A DNA stretch of 64,000 bases from Octopus sinensis (taxonomy: Eukaryota), in the NCBI RefSeq assembly GCF_006345805.1, contig NC_043007.1, forward strand, positions 61,690,001 through 61,754,000. Direction: 5' to 3'. The translations under genes and the position numbers were made by a program. Numbering within the stretch: position 1 is the stretch's first letter; the number at the start of each line of letters is the position of its first letter. The notes below the pieces were generated by a model. It made no database searches. It saw only the letters and a list, made by a program, of their open reading frames with translations, and was not told where the DNA came from. This document shows positions 11,790 through 27,244 of the stretch, piece after piece.

Positions 11790-14700
11790 GTGAGTGAAAA
11801 CATGAGATAACTTTTAATATTATCAGATACATTATGGTGGCAAGCCGGCAGAATCTTTAGCATGCCAGGCAAAATGCTTAGCAGTGTTTTGTTTGTCTTC
11901 ATGTTCCAAGTCCAAATTCTGCTGAGGTTGACTTTGCCTTTCATCCTTTTGGGGTCAATGAAATAAGAAACATGTGAATACTTGGTTGATTTAATCAACT
12001 TAGCCCCTCTCCCAAACCTGCTGGCCTTGAGCCAAACTTTTAAACCAATATTATCAGATCAATTTATACATAAAAGAAATCTTTTATTTCTTTTGAAATC
12101 AATATTGATATTTCACTTGTTCTTGGATCTGGCTATTTTAGCTTAACTCTTTCCTTACCATATTTCCACTGAAATATACTACTTTTATTTCCATTAATTT
12201 TGAAAATTATGAAGAAATTTAAATAATAACCTTGTCACTAATAAGCTGGTGTTTAAAACAAATTAATACGAAATTTTGATGGAAGATCTTAATTTTTTAT
12301 TAATAATATCCTTGAGAAAGCTGTAAATAATTCCCAATGGAAAACAAACTTTGGTATTATCTGACAAGAGTTCTTTTTTTTTACATGTTTACAGTGACAA
12401 GTGTTATTTTTACTAGTTTACAGTGGTAGTATTTGACAAGTATTTTCTTTTTACAAGTTTACAAATTTCTCAATGAACTTTGAGAAGACAATGAGTAAAC
12501 TCCCTCCTATGTATTCTAGATTGTGGTCATTGGTGTTAGTATGGCAACACATGTGCATGCTCACCGGAAGCTCAACATTGCATATAAAAATAATCATGAA
12601 ATATGCATTGTATTTGTCTCTATAGCTCTATGTAGTACCATTCTTCATGCTATATATTTTAACTTGAAGTCATTTTGGCTAATAACAGAAGACAGGGTGA
12701 GCCAGTGAAGAGCCTCTACACAATCATTTCTCCTGTTAGAAATAGTAGCCAAATCTCCTAGTTTTACACTGTCATTCCCATTGACAAGGTGACTCACTGG
12801 CACTCTGTTGCTTACAACAAGGGTTCCAGTTGATCTGATCAACGGAACAGCTTCCTCAAGGAATTTATGTGCAAGTGGCTTAGTTCTCAGGATATCCTGC
12901 ATGACACAGAATGTGACAAGGCTGGCCCTTTGAAATACAGGTACAACTAATTTTTGCCAGCTGAATGAAGTGGAACAACATGAAGTAAAATGTCTTGCCC
13001 AAGAATACGAGTGTTATTTACATGGTAATTCCACAAGAAATGGAATTAACTAAGCAGGCTGCTATAGTTGTCATAGTTACTGTTATTGAAAGTCAATATT
13101 TGAAACTATAAACTCAATACACCTTTTGTAATATTTATTTTGCGTTATATTAAAACATGTAAAGTAGCATAGTAAAATGTTTGTTTATAGAATGTTTGCA
13201 ATTTATAGAGTAGCAATTGTCTGTTGTCCTTCCCTCCTTTATCCTCTAAGTGACTGGCAGATTATTTGGTTTAATGTACCAAACACTTCAATGCTTCTCG
13301 TATCAATATTTGGTTGTTATTACAATGAAACTATTAACACACAGTACAAACGGTAATGTCTTTCATGTACATTTCCCAGTCAGTCCTTTTGGCTAATAAC
13401 AAAAGACAGGATGAACCAGTGAAGGAGCCTCTACACAATCATTTCTCCTGTTAGAAATAGAAGCCAAATCTCCTAGTTTTACCCTGTCATCTTAAAAGTA
13501 GATGTAAAGTGTGGTTGATGTTAGGAAAGGCATTCAACTGTAGAAACTATGCCAAAGTGGAGATTGCAGCATGATACAATCCTCAGACCCACTGGACCCT
13601 GTTGAGCTATCCAGCTCATGCTAGCATGGTAGAAGTACATTAACCTTTTCGTTTCCGACCCAGCTGAAACCAGCTCTGGCTTTGTAATACAAATGTCTTG
13701 TTTTCATAAGTTTTGAATTAAAATCTTCCACCAGACCTTAGTCACAATTTATGTTCCTAAAACTAGCTTAATGATAACGAAGTTATTTTACTAGATTCTT
13801 TGTTATATTTAAAGTAATTGAAAGAAACACAGAGCATCTCAAAATAAATACAGAAACGAAAGGATTAAGAGACGATAATGATAGTAATGTTGATTACATG
13901 TGTCTATTTACATGTTGTTGGCCTGTTTGATTGGAGCTGACCAAAGGTTACTTAACATAAACAGAATAAGGGATCATAAGGAAATTGTCATTCATCATCA
14001 GCATTTTATGTCCACTTCCCATGCTAGCATGGATCAGACAACTTTCCTGAGTTAGTATTTTATGGACAAATGCCCTTCCTGTCACTGATAACACACAGAA
14101 TACACTATACATGCTCTAAAACTGAGATACATATGGTTTGGAGTTAGAAGGGAAATGAAATGACAACAAGAAAGAGCTGTGAATATATTATGATAACGTA
14201 AATTAAATTATCATTTACTTTAAATGCAAACCATATGTATACTATATGCATCAATTCTTTTGTTACCATATTTCTATTGAAATATGGTGCGTTTATTTCA
14301 ATTAATTTTGAAAACTATGAAGAACTTAGTTACATAACTTTGTTGTTATTAAGCCGGTGTTTAAGAATATAAATTTTGATGAAAGATTTTAATTTAGATC
14401 ACTTTAATACAGGAAGTTTGTATTATAGAGCCAGGGTCCAGTCTCAGGTGAGTTGTTATCTAAAGGGTTAACTATAAAATAAATATTGTTGTGTAAAGAT
14501 GCATTTATAGTGCTCGCTGAATGTGCATAAGGTTCCTTCACTTACAGTTATAAGTGGGGATAGTTGGTAGGTAGAGCCATATGCAAAGTATTGACTTCTT
14601 CAACTTATTGTGATAAAATTCAGATTTTTAGCTCGTGACTGCTATTGCTTGCTTTTCCTTTTCACTTAAACTTAAGATCAGACATTATTACATGCATATT

Positions 14701-15624
14701 GATTTTGACTTACGAGTGTCTGATTGTTTGACCAACTGGACAACCTCCTGATTGAATTCTCTTGTGAAGTGAGTGAGCATTCCACAGAGATGTACACCCT
14801 TCATGTAATCCTCAAGTAAAATCAGTATATTACAAGTGGAACAAATTACAGTCCATTTGATAGGCTCCTACACAGTTTCTACTTACCCAAATGCACTCAC
14901 AAGGCTCTGGTCAACTTGAGGTTATGGTAAATGGGTTTACCCAAAATATCATGTAGTGCAACTGAATTCCAGGCTTAATGGTTGCAAAGTGAACTTGTTA
15001 ACCCCTTAGGCATACTTGCACAGCTATATGCAATGACAAGATATAATCTGTTGCTATTTCAGACCTTAATGCCGTCATCATCCCTTTAGCATTCAGATTA
15101 TTCTGTCAAATATAATGCTTATGTATTCACATTTTAAAAAATTAGTCATGTATTATCCTGTAGCTTAAAGATTGTTTATTTTTAGAATGACATAGCAGGG
15201 TATGTATGAGAGGCCAGATCTGGCCAGTTTGAACATAAAACAAGTAGTATATTTGGGCCAAATATTGCTGGTTTAAAAGCTACAGGGTTAAGCAGTGATT
15301 AATTTACACAAAATTAATATCTTTGAAGATATGATAAAAGCTTGACAGTCAGTACTTAACTCTGATTTCATAGCATCTGTTGGATGAGAGGCACACTGTA
15401 TTTTTCAAAAATTGAACCCTGATCACATCGATATCACCTGTCTGGCAGAGCAGATCCTGAGTGAGGCCTGTGTATGCTACAGACATTTCTCTTCCTCAGA
15501 GTAACTAATAAACAAAAATAATGAACTGACTGGAACCATCCATCAACAACTTCTAATACATTCAGGTTGTTATTGTTGTATAGACCTGGGTCACTTCCAA
15601 TCAAGCATTTCACCTGGGTCCATA

Positions 15625-16200
15625 CTATCATCATCATCATCATCATCATCATCGTTTAATGTCCGCTTTCCATGCTAGTATGGGTTGGACAATTTGACTG
15701 AGGACTGGCAAACCAGATGGCTGCACCAGGCTCCAATCTGATCTAGCAGAGTTTCTACAGCTGGATGCCCTTCCTAACGCCAACCACTCCAAGAGTGTAG
15801 TGGGTACTTTTACATGCCACCAGCACGAGGGCCAGTCTGGTGGTACTGGCAATGGCCATGCTAAAAAATGGTGTTTTTTATGTGCCACCTGCACAGGAGT
15901 CAGTCCAGCGGCACTGGCAACGACTTCGCTCAAATGTTTTGTTCATGTGCCAGTATGGCGACGCTGGTAATGATCACGCTCAAATGGTGCATTTTACATG
16001 CCTTCCGGCACAGAAGCCAGACAGCTGCTCTGGCTGTGATCCCACTTGGATGGAGCTGTTAGTGCTCCACTGGCACGGGTGCCAGTCATCGAATTTGGTT
16101 CAATTTCGATTTCATTTGCCCCAACAGGTCTTTGCAAGCAGAGTTTAGTGTCCAATGAAGGGAGGTTGGCATGGGTACCAGTTGTCGAATTTGGTTCACC
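15625..16200 (-). mobile_element. RTE 3'-UTR-derived short element
   Basis: Same 3' end (CTGGATGCCCTTCCTAACGCCAACCAC, GGCAC repeats) and (CAT)n tail as 36641-37200. Confidence 0.75.
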
Positions 16201-17214
16201 TTTTCTAAGGCAATAGGGAGTGATTTAAGGAATTTTAACTGCTATTTCTAGCAGGCGGACCGATCATATAGGGAATCCATTCATTGGGTTGGAGTACATT
16301 CAGATGTGTGCATGGGGTAAAAACTGGGTGTATTATTGAGAAAAGTTAGTATACTAGCTAAAATCTGGTTTTGAATTGAATATGTTGTTTGTATATTCCA
16401 GGATAGTAAATATCAACAATGGCTAATGTTTGCTTGTTTGATATTTCAATTGAATGTTTATCTTTCTCTTACCTAAACTGGGTGGTCTTTTCTTTTCTTG
16501 CTCCTCTTAATGCAGGGAGGATGTGTGGAGAGTGGCAAAGAGAGGTAATGCTGGTTTTAGTGTTGTTATTCTTTGGTGTTGTTGTTGTTTATGCTGTTCA
16601 TGTTAGTTATTATCATTGTTTTTGTTATTGTTGTATATGCTGTCAGAGTAGTCTTTTGTTAGTGCTGTTGGCCTTGTTTTTATTTTCTTTGTGTTGTTAG
16701 TGTTGTTGTTCTTTGTGCTATTGGTGGTAGTGTTATTGTTGTTGTGAAGATGTTGAGCTGGCAGAATTGTTAGCATACCAGATAAAATGTATTGCAGCAT
16801 TTCTTATGGCTTTAGTGTTCTGAGTTCAAATCCCACCAAGGTTGATTTTGCCTTTCATCTTTTTGGGGTTTATAAAAGTCTCAGTTGAGCACTGGGGTCA
16901 ATGTAATCAACTGGCATCCCACCACAAATATATCAGACCTTATGCCTATAGTAAAAAGAGTTATAGTTGTCGTTTAGTCCTTGCTCATCTGGTTCAAAGA
17001 GACATATGATCAACAGTATTGGGCCATGATCCTCTAATAATTTTAGGTTATATTGGACTGTCAAAAAGTCAATGGTGAGAACAGAGGGCAGACAAAATTT
17101 AGGCATTCCTCCTTTTTAGTCATTGTACTAAGTTTCAGTTTTCTTCTTTGTTATTGATTACATTCTCTTTTGAATTTCTTTGAAAAAAAAAATATCTGAG
17201 ACAATATAGGATAA

Positions 17215-17540
17215 AGACCCCCATTGGTCATGAATGACCATGGGATTGCCCTGAGAAAATTACACTCTGAGTCACAAGTCTGGACAAGGTTTTTTTTTAT
17301 GGAAGACCAGCAGTCGCCCATGCATACCAGCTTTCCCTCTCCATGCCACCTGTGTTATCCAAGGGAAAGGCAAGGGTCAATACAGCTTGGTATCAGTATG
17401 GCGCAACTCATTTCTACAGCTGAGTGGACTGGTGCAATGTGAAATAAAGTGTCTTGCTCAAGAACACAACACATATCCTGGTCTGGGAATTGAACTCACT
17501 ACCTCATGATTGTGAGCCTGATGCTCTAACCAGAGCCATG
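17215..17540 (-). mobile_element. tRNA-derived SINE family C, representative copy
   Basis: GCATGGCTC(A)GTGGTTAGAGC..GAGTTCAATTCC..TTCTTGAGCAAGACACTTTATTTC. Copies near 24880, 30660, 33345 and 41665. Confidence 0.8.
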
Positions 17541-19554
17541 CAACTATGAATCCAAACACACTATAGACTTTTGTATTGTATTCTAGCAAAAATCTGGACT
17601 CTAGTTCTAATCCTCATCTATACTTTCACCACATCATTGTACAAGACTGAGTTCAAACAGTGAGGCAATCTCTATGTGGTTGGTCATTCTTCTTCCAAGA
17701 AATAGGAGCCAAATCTCTCTCAAATCACACCTTATGATCTTTAAAATAAAAGAAGTAGAATGCTTTGGATAATGTAGTTTAAGATATAATGTCTGAAAAG
17801 ATAGTCATGGATGGAACTTAAGAACAACAACAGTAACATGCCTTTGTTATTTAGATGATGGAACAGAATATTGTATGAATATTATTAAGAATATTAAGAA
17901 GAGATGTAAAAAATATGAAGAAGAGATGTAAATTTCATCCATTTTATGACATGAAACTTGAATTTAGCTCTTGGCCTTAAAATGCCTCATAAACATAGAC
18001 ATTCTTTGGTCTTTGCTAGAATCCTCACTACTTTGCCCTTATTGGTTGTCTAGCTCTGCAAAGAACTAAAATTCATATGACATTACTCTTAGGATCTCCT
18101 ACAAGTTCCTCCCATAGAAGCAGACAGGTTGGACCATCAAAGCTCAGGATGAAAATATAGAAAATTATCCAGACAATAATAACTCATCTTAAACACCATA
18201 TCATAATCATCGTTGTCATTGTTATCGTTGTTGTCATTGTCATTGTCATCATTATCCTCGTTGTCATTGTTGTCGTCGTCATTTTAGTGTCTACTTTTCC
18301 ATGCTTCCATAGCTTAAAAAAAAGGATGTTGAGGCAGAGTTTTCTATCACTAAATGCCTTTCCTGTTGCTAGCCTCCACTCATTTCAAAGTCTCTTGGTA
18401 TGTCAAACAACAAACAGCCCAGACATGCTATTGTGGTGGATTGCAAGAAAATGACACAGCTAGTGCTGCTATTGTTAACAACCAGTAAAGGAAACATGAA
18501 GATGAAACACACATACACATGCAGATACATATATATGTATTAATAGTATGTGTGTGTGTGTGTGTGTGTTAGGAGTAGGGGAAGCAGAGGGAGGTGAGAG
18601 ATAATGTTTCTGGTCCATAGAGGAACAATTAATTGACACCACTCCTACATCTTCTTTCTCTTTGAATCTATATAAATGTATTTGCAGGGTGCAACACTAA
18701 ATTCACTTATTTATTCTGCAGTAAACCTGTAAATGACTTCAGCCTAAATTTACAAAGACATTCCCCTAGCTAGCTTCAATAATACCAAATTTCCCCCTAC
18801 ACATCCTCCTCTCCATTTCCTTTTCATATTCTTATCCTTTTCCCTAACAAGTTTAGACATTTACCCATTTATTACTTTTTCACTTATATACTTCCTTTTC
18901 CTTTTCAGTTTCTATGCTTTCTATGCCTTCCATGTGTTTTTGATTGCACATTTTGTGAGTCAACATGGGATCCCTTGATGACAATGTAAACTTCTTTTGA
19001 TTAAAGTATCTTTGGCCCAATGAGTAGCTAGTGGATTACTTCTTGTTTGGATAATTACTACTTCTGAGATTTTGCTAGTTATGAAGCATATGTAGCCTGG
19101 ATTTTATCAACTCCATTCACCAATTTGGAATTTCTCTCTCTCACTCTCTCTTTTAGTCCTTTACTTGTTTCAGTCATTTGGCTGTGGCCATGCTGGAGCA
19201 CCGCCTTTAATCAAGCAAATTAACCCCAGGACTTATTCTTTGTAAGCCTAGTACTTATTCTATTGGTCTCTTTTGCCGAACTGCTAAGTTATGGGGGCGT
19301 GAACACACCAGCATCGGTTGTCAAGTGATGTTGGGGGGACAAACACAGACACACAAACATATACACACACATACATATATATATACATATATACGATGAG
19401 CTTCTTTCAGTTTCCGTCTACCAAATCCACTCACAAGACTTTGGTCGGCCCAAGGCTATAGTAGAAGACACTTGCCCAAGGTGACATGCTGTGGGAATGA
19501 ACCTGGAACCATGTGGTTGGTAAGCAAGCTACTTACCACACAGCAACTCCTATT

Positions 19555-19609
<55 letters not shown>

Positions 19610-20428
19610 GTATATATGTATGTATATATCCAGTAGCTCTCCCACTCTATATACCCAGTTTTTCACCACTCACTTCCCCTCCCCACTCTCTAATCATGCT
19701 TCTTTGGCAATATCCTGCCACTTATATTATGACCTTCAAACCTCAAGGGTATGCCCTGGCACTTGCCACCTTCTGTATCTCTCTCTGCCTTTACTCGACC
19801 ATCCCATTTATATTTTAATTTCCGTCCCTTGTGAGTATGCCCACCACTTTGCCATCATCTCTATCCTGATGTCTCCCACTCTGCCTCTCCTTCTCCAGCA
19901 CCTACCTCAGGTTTGGTAACCATGTATCTCCTTTGTGGCAGAACACCTGTTTCTGTCCTTATTCCTGATCTCCCCCACCCAACAGCCAAGTAACCTTGTA
20001 CCTCCTCTACAGCAAGATATCTGTTTCGGTCTCACTATAACCTTTCACCTTACACAAGATTACCTCCTCTAATGCTCCCTCTCCTCTCAAAAGATTTTTG
20101 TTTTGCAAGTTACTTGGTGACCCTGTCAGTGCAGGTGCCACTTAAAAGCACCCAGTGCACACTGTAAAGTGGTTGGCATTTGGAAGGGTATCCAGCTGTA
20201 AAAATCTTGCCAAAACTGACCTCGCCTGTGCTTCTGCCATGTCAAAAGCTCTGAGTCCACTCTACTGGGTGGTTGGTGTTAAGAAGGGCATCCAACTGTA
20301 AAAATCCTGCCAAAACAGTCACAGAAGTCTGGTGCAGGCTTCTGCCTGGCCGGCCCCTGTCAAACCATCCCACCCATGGCAGCATGGAAGGTGGATGTTA
20401 AATGATGATGATGATATCTAAATATATA

Positions 20429-20487
<59 letters not shown>

Positions 20488-20526
20488 ATATATATGTATG
20501 TATGTATGTGTGTGTGTGTGTGTGTA

Positions 20527-20571
<45 letters not shown>

Positions 20572-20831
20572 GATATATGTTTATATATATAACTGATTTC
20601 TTTCAGTTTCTATCAACCAGATCCACTCACAAAGCTTTGGTTGGTTTGGGGCTGCTGTAGAAGCCACTGCCCAAAGTTCCACACAGTGGGACTGAACCTG
20701 GAACTTCACCAACCACACAGTGATGTCTATGTTCAGCCACTTAATGATTATTACTGTAGTAGATTAAGTAAGTTATCAAGCAATAACATAAAAATGTGTT
20801 AAAAGCAGAAATACTTTGTTGACTTTTACAG

Positions 20832-20910
20832 AACCTATTGATGTTGTTCAAAGAATAAGTGAAGACAAAACTGTTGATGAATCTCCAGGTGATACACCCG
20901 ACCCATCTCT
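20832..20910 (+). CDS. CFAP92: CFAP92-like exon 5 (EPIDVVQRISEDKTVDESPGDTPDPS)
   Basis: ttttacag acceptor. Donor gtaact at 20911 was chosen because it gives the phase 2 needed by the next exon. Poorly conserved region. Confidence 0.6.
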
Positions 20911-23900
20911 GTAACTATATTTACCAATTTTATTCAACTACTAATTTAATTAAGTGTTTCTTTTTTTTTTTTTTAATCATATAAATACATAATGTACAAT
21001 AGAAGCAAGAATGGCAGCTTGATTTTAATATAATTATTGTAGGAAATCATCCACTTTCAATTCTGTCTATTCTTGCATTTAAATTACATTTTCTTTTTTG
21101 TTTTTTATCTTTCAGTTAAAGTAAGAGCTGGGTGGTGAATTATCATATGCTATTGTTAGGAATGGTGTTAAAGAAACACCAGAGACCGAGTCTTTGGTGA
21201 TAAAATTTCTTATAATAGGGACTATATTTATGGCTATTTTAAAAATTCTTTTATTCTTTTATTTGTTTCAGTCATCATACTGTGGCCATGCTGGGGCACC
21301 ACCTTGAAGAATTTTAGTCACATGAATTGACCACAGTTCTTTTATTTTTTAAGCCTGGTACTTATTCTATTGGTCTATTTTGCCAAACTGCTAGGTTACA
21401 GAGACATAAACACACCAACACTGGTTGTTAAGTGGTGGTGGCAAACAAACATAGACACACACATAGACATGCACACAAACACATATGCACATGTGCGCAC
21501 ACAAACACACACACACACATACACACACATTCACAGACACACATATATATACGATGGGTTTCTTTTCAGTTTCTGTCTACCAGATTCACTCACAAGGCTT
21601 TTGGTTGGCTTCAGGTTATAGTAGAAGACACTTGCCTAAAGTGCCATGCAGTAGAACTGAACTCAGAACCACATGATTGGGAAGCATGCTTCATTACACA
21701 CAACCACTCCTGCACCTCCTGTTTGTCCTTTTTTTTTCACAAGCACACTTTAGATTTATATATAAAATTGGGAACGTGGGTTTGTATCTTAAATACTTTC
21801 TTCTGTGGCCATGGGAATGTAAGTGAAATAAAATTAGTCATGGGAATTAAAACTGTTTCCTTGATGGAGACTTAAGTTTACTCTAAAAAGAAATGAAGTT
21901 GATAAAAGTCTTTTGGGTTTTAGATGGCAAACAGTTTACAAATAACAGATGAGTTAGAACCCTTTCCCATGTGACTTGTGTCTGAAGACAGTGGTCAGAA
22001 TTAACATTACCAAATGATATTCAGATGTTTAAAGGTCTGATATATTAGGGATTAGGCTATTACTGAGTAGATATAGGTAACATTTATCTTCTGAGTATTT
22101 GCATTATTTATTCCATTTTACATAACTATTGATTTAATTTAATCTAATTATGATGTATTTTATCAATGGGGAAGTCTAATAGTTTTCTGTCAGGCACAGG
22201 TGTGGCTGTGTGGTAAAATGCTTGCTTCCTAACCACATGGTTTGGGGTTCAGTCCCACTACATAACACATTGGGAAAGTGTTTTCTACTATAGCCTTGGG
22301 CTGACCAAAGTGACCTAAGTGGATTTGGTAGATGAAAGCTGAAAGAAAGCCGTTGTATATATGTCTATATGTGTGTGTGTTTGTGTTTGCCTCTCACCCC
22401 ACCACTTGACAACTAGTGCTAGTGTGTTTACATCCCTGTAACTTAGCAGTTTGGCAAAAGACACCAATAAAAATAAATACTGGACTTTAAAAAAAATAAG
22501 AACTAGGGTTGATACATTCAACAAAAAATTCTTCAAGGCAGTGCTCCAGCTTGGCCACAGTCAAATAATTGAAACAAGTGAAAGTTGTAAAAGATATATC
22601 GTTATAACATATACTAAAGTCATCTGGATGAATATTGTTATCATATTTTATAACAATGATGATATTTCTAAAGGCCTTACAAATGAAATTATTTTATGAA
22701 TGAAATTCTAGCCTTATTTCCAAATCTTGACCTCTCAGCCCTAAATCTAAAGCAACAATTTTAATCCTAGCTTGTAACCTTAATAAGTAACCCAAACCCT
22801 AAACTTAATCTTAACCCTTTAGCATTCGGATTTTTCTGTCAAATGTAATGCTTATTTATTCACATTTATTTGAATTAATCCTGCATTACCTTGTAGCTTT
22901 GAGATTTCAATGGCATGATTGTTAATTTTTAGAATAATACTGAGAGAGGCCTGATCTGATTGGTTTGAACATAAAATGTGTTGGTTATTTTGGTTGGATA
23001 TGGTTAGTTTAAATGTAATGATTGGAAGAAATATAATTTTTTTATATATTAGTTATTTGTTGGTGAAATAAACTAAAATGAAAGAATAAATTGAAAGCAT
23101 CTAAAGACTTGTTGGCGTATGATAACAACCAATGTCATTTTATTTATTTTATAAGTGACCTCATAGAACTTTTTACAAATTATAAGGGCATGAGTTAAAA
23201 ACTGAGCTGTCTTTATAATTTAGACATAGGAGAAAGAGAATTGTGGATTACCAGTACACTGGCACCACACAATGTCCAATGACCTAGTTCTTTTTGTAAG
23301 TAGTAACCCACAGGGTTTCAGAATTCACTGCAGAAAACTGCAGCTGTACAACAAAACTGGTGAGTGTTGTATAAAGCAGCTTGTGCTGAGTAACATAAAC
23401 TAGCCGTAGTCTTGCTTATATTTCTCTTATTTACTGCTTTGGTTATTTTCAATGAACTTCTGATTGCTAACAGGTCTTAGCCTCATAGAAGGTGACAAGA
23501 ATCTGTGATATGTGTGCCTTTCTCATACCACATTGCTTACCATGTATGTGTAAAAAGATATTAATAATAAAAGTGAACTTATTGTATAGTGCTCGGGTGT
23601 GCTACAGCTCATCAGAAAAGGGTAAAAAGAGGGGAAAGAAAGCGGTATTAAGCCAAATAAAGAAAGATAACAATGATAGCCAAAAGTACATGCATAGTAC
23701 ACAAAATAAAACACAAGAATACAGAAAAGGGAGTAATAAAAGAGTTATGAAGAGGATAGGGTGCATAGGCATATCAAGAGTAGGGTTGGCGAAGTTCAGG
23801 AAACATGGAGTTTTTAAAGTGTCTTCCCAGGTAGCTGCTGTCAAGAGTAGTTTATTTGATGCTTCAACAATTCTAAGCATGGAAAAGTTTTCAAAAATCA

Positions 23901-24007
23901 GGAGTCATGCTCTGTTTTTTTTTTTTAAATTTTGATTTTATAAATGTATGCAAAGGTGATAGAGACCATCATTTCTGCTTTCTCTGCCTGCAGCAGAATG
24001 TGCATTA

Positions 24008-24243
24008 AGGCGGCGAGCTGGCAGAAATGATAGCACACTGGGCGAAATGCTTAGCAGTATTTTATCTGCTGCTACGTTCTGAGTTCAAATTCCGCCGAGG
24101 TCAATTTTGCCTTTCATCCTTTCGAGGCCGATAAAATTAAGTTCCAGTTACGCACTGGGGTCGATGTATAATCGACTTAATCCGTTTGCCTGTCCTTGTT
24201 TGTCCCTTCTGTGTGTAGTCCCTTGTGGGCAGTAAAGAAATAA
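24008..24243 (+). mobile_element. tRNA-derived SINE family B, representative copy
   Basis: GGCGAGCTGGCAGAA..GAGTTCAAATTCC..CTTTCATCCTTTCG. Copies near 5960, 6130, 6516, 6729, 11840, 16755, 44520, 45730, 50130 and 61390. Confidence 0.8.
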
Positions 24244-26279
24244 GAATGCACATTAACATGAGATAGTTGCCTCTATAGCATGAATCTATGTTAATGGACA
24301 TACCTCATATTAGCTTCATCAGCCATACTCATCCATTCTGGCTTAGGGCATGTTGGAAGAGGGTATTAAATTTTGGAGTTTTCCTTTTCCTACATTGATT
24401 TCTGTAACCACAGCTAAGAAGCTCAATCTACCTGTACAAAAATCTATTTAACTCATAGATGGAACCCTGACAAGTACTGTTGTTCTGAATCCGAATTGAC
24501 CTGGAAGTAATGGTGATTTAGGGGTGACTTCACACTCCCCACAACTCCAGAACTCCTGAACTAGAGTCTCACTACTAGATGCAATTTGATGACATGATAA
24601 ATATATTGAATTAAAGAAGGTGGTCGAAGTTATTGGAAAGACAGTGAATAATGTTATGGGCACCACCAACTCAGTGGTTAGAGTCTTGTGGGATTCTGCC
24701 AAGTAAACTGCTACTACGTTGTCTCGGGAAATACTATACACAAGACATGTTTGTCATCTGTACTGTAGGAGTTATGAAGACTCCTTGCAAAATATCTAAT
24801 GGTGATGGTCTGCTTCTGTACTGTAAATGTTGCTTTTGTTACTTGACTCAGGCAAAATTTATGCATCGATTATCATTGTTATATGTCAACCAGTTAGAAT
24901 GTCAGGCTCACAACTATGAAGTAGTGAGTTTGATTCCTGGATTAGGCTGTGTGTTGTGTTCTTGAGCAAGACACTTTATTTCAGGTTGCTCCAGTTCACT
25001 CAGATGTATAAATAAGTTGTGATGTCACTGGTGCCAAGCTGTATCAGCCTTTGCCTTTCCTTGGATAACATCGGTGGTGTGGAGAGGAGAGGCTGGTATA
25101 CATGGGCAACTGCTGGTCTTCCATAGAACCATAGAACAATCTTGCCCAGACTTGTACCTCTAAGGGGAATTTTCTAGGTATAATGCTATGGTCATTCATG
25201 ACTGAAGGGGGTCTTTACCCTTTTTTAAGTCAACCAGATGACCTATAGAATGAATTTTAAAAAATCAGAATACAATCATATTGTGATTTTAAGCAGTGTC
25301 ATGCAGGAATAACTATAAGTGTCACAATGGTTGCATGGTTAAGAAGTTTGCTTTCCAACCACTTGGTTTTGAATTCAATCCCACTTCATGGTACTTTGAG
25401 TCAGTGTCTTTTACTATATTCCTGGCCCAACCAAAGCTTTGTGAGTGGCTTTGGTGCATGGAAACTGAAAGAAGCTCTCTATCTTTGAATATTTTTATTA
25501 ATATTCACTATTTACTTATACTTATTTTAATTTTTATATTTTAATATTTTTTATATACTTTATTTTATTATTATTATAGTTAAATAAAATTATCTATACA
25601 CTCACACAAATAACATCTACTTAGTCTGCTGGAGTATCTCAACCATTCAACATGTTGCTTCCTTAATGTCCTTTTACCCTGAAGATATTTTGCTCTAAAT
25701 CTTCAAAATGTAAACTTATTTTATTCTATGTTTTGTAATTTGTATTGAGTGTAAATTGAAACAATTGTTGGCAATAGATAATTTAATTTATATCCATTAA
25801 ATCTCTCTATTTTCTTACTTAATAATATTTCATATATATATATATATATAAGTCTATGAGAATTACTTAATACAGTTTTGAAGTGTAAAGGTGAAGTGTA
25901 AAGGTGATTTTTTAAAAATTATTGTTAAAAAAAAATGTTATGAAATCTTTTATCAAGATGTTACTAACTATTTTTGGGTAGAGGTTTTTTTTCTAGTGTG
26001 TGACCACTTTCATTTAACCTTTTCATTTGTATGTATGTGCATGTGTGTGTTTGTGTCTTGGTTTTACATTGCATGATGGCTGAAAGTGAGCATCTTCGTC
26101 ATCATACAAGCAAGCAATGTCCTTTGATTTCTAATCTTTTGCCATGATGAAATATCACCTACTGGAAACAAGTAAGAATTAGTGACTAGAAGGGCATTCA
26201 GCTATTGAAAGTCTGCCTCTGTGGATTCTGCCGGCCTATGTGTGCATAGAAAAGTAAATATTAAAATGATAATGATTAA

Positions 26280-26500
26280 CCCTTTTGTTACAAACCCAGC
26301 TGAAACTGGCTCTGGCTCTGTAGTATAAATGGCTTGTTTTCATAAGTTTTGAATTCAAATCTTCCACCAAATCTTAGTCACAATTTATGTTCCTAACACT
26401 AGCTCAATGATAACGATATTATTTTACTAAATTCTATGTTATATTTAAAATAATTGGAAGAAATGCAGAGCATCTCAAAATAAATATCGTAACAAAAGGG
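26280..26500. mobile_element. piggyBac-type MITE (related copies near 13644-13864, 22815 and 60070)
   Basis: TTAA|CCCTTTTGTTAC...GTAACAAAAGGG|TTAA. Confidence 0.85.
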
Positions 26501-27244
26501 TTAAGATGACTGAACTACATCATGTGAGAACTCAAGAGTTAAATACACAAGCTAAAACAGCAAGCTGCATGTGAAATGTTTGAATATATAACAACTGTTC
26601 TCAGTTGCTTTTTGGTTAATCATGATGTTGTTGTTGCTAGTTAACTCCAAGTCAACTTTAATTGAACTACATTATCTACATGTTTTACCTTATTTAATAT
26701 GACAGAGTATAATATGTATAAAATATTCCTCTACAGCAAGAAACCTTTTCCTTCATATGCTAACCTTTCATCACCCAACATAAAACTGCTTCACTCTTTA
26801 CTATTTAGTTGATATGGATTTTAGTTTTGCAATTTATATGGCAACCTCACAAGTGCTGGTGCCTCAAGAAAAATACACAGTACACTCTGTAAAATGGCTG
26901 GCATTAGAAAGAGCATCTAGCAGCAGAAACACTATAAAAGTAGATCTTCAAGCATGACACAGTCCTCTGATCTCTTGGATTCTGTCAAACTATCCAACTC
27001 ATACAAGTATTGGAAATGGATGTTAAATGATGATGATGTTATTGAAGATGTGTATACAGTGTTATTTGGTTGCAATTTCTTGAAGAGAGAGCAACCACAT
27101 AGAGGCTCCATTATTGGCTTGTTTCATCTATCACACACTTAAGTCAGTAACAATTTTTGTGTGTTATAATGATTTGTTCATCCAGGTTGTGTACAGAATG
27201 ATGTAGTAAGTTCTTTACCACCATTTTGTTTCAATATCTTTCAG

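Noticed and set aside
17855-17872. Possible 18-nt micro-exon (ttag...gtatga)
   Set aside because: Joining it to exon 5 creates an in-frame TAA, and nothing else supports it.
23492-23935. Overlapping ORFs of 147, 92 and 63 aa
   Set aside because: No recognisable motif or exon phase fit. They may be a decayed repeat, but I could not assign one.
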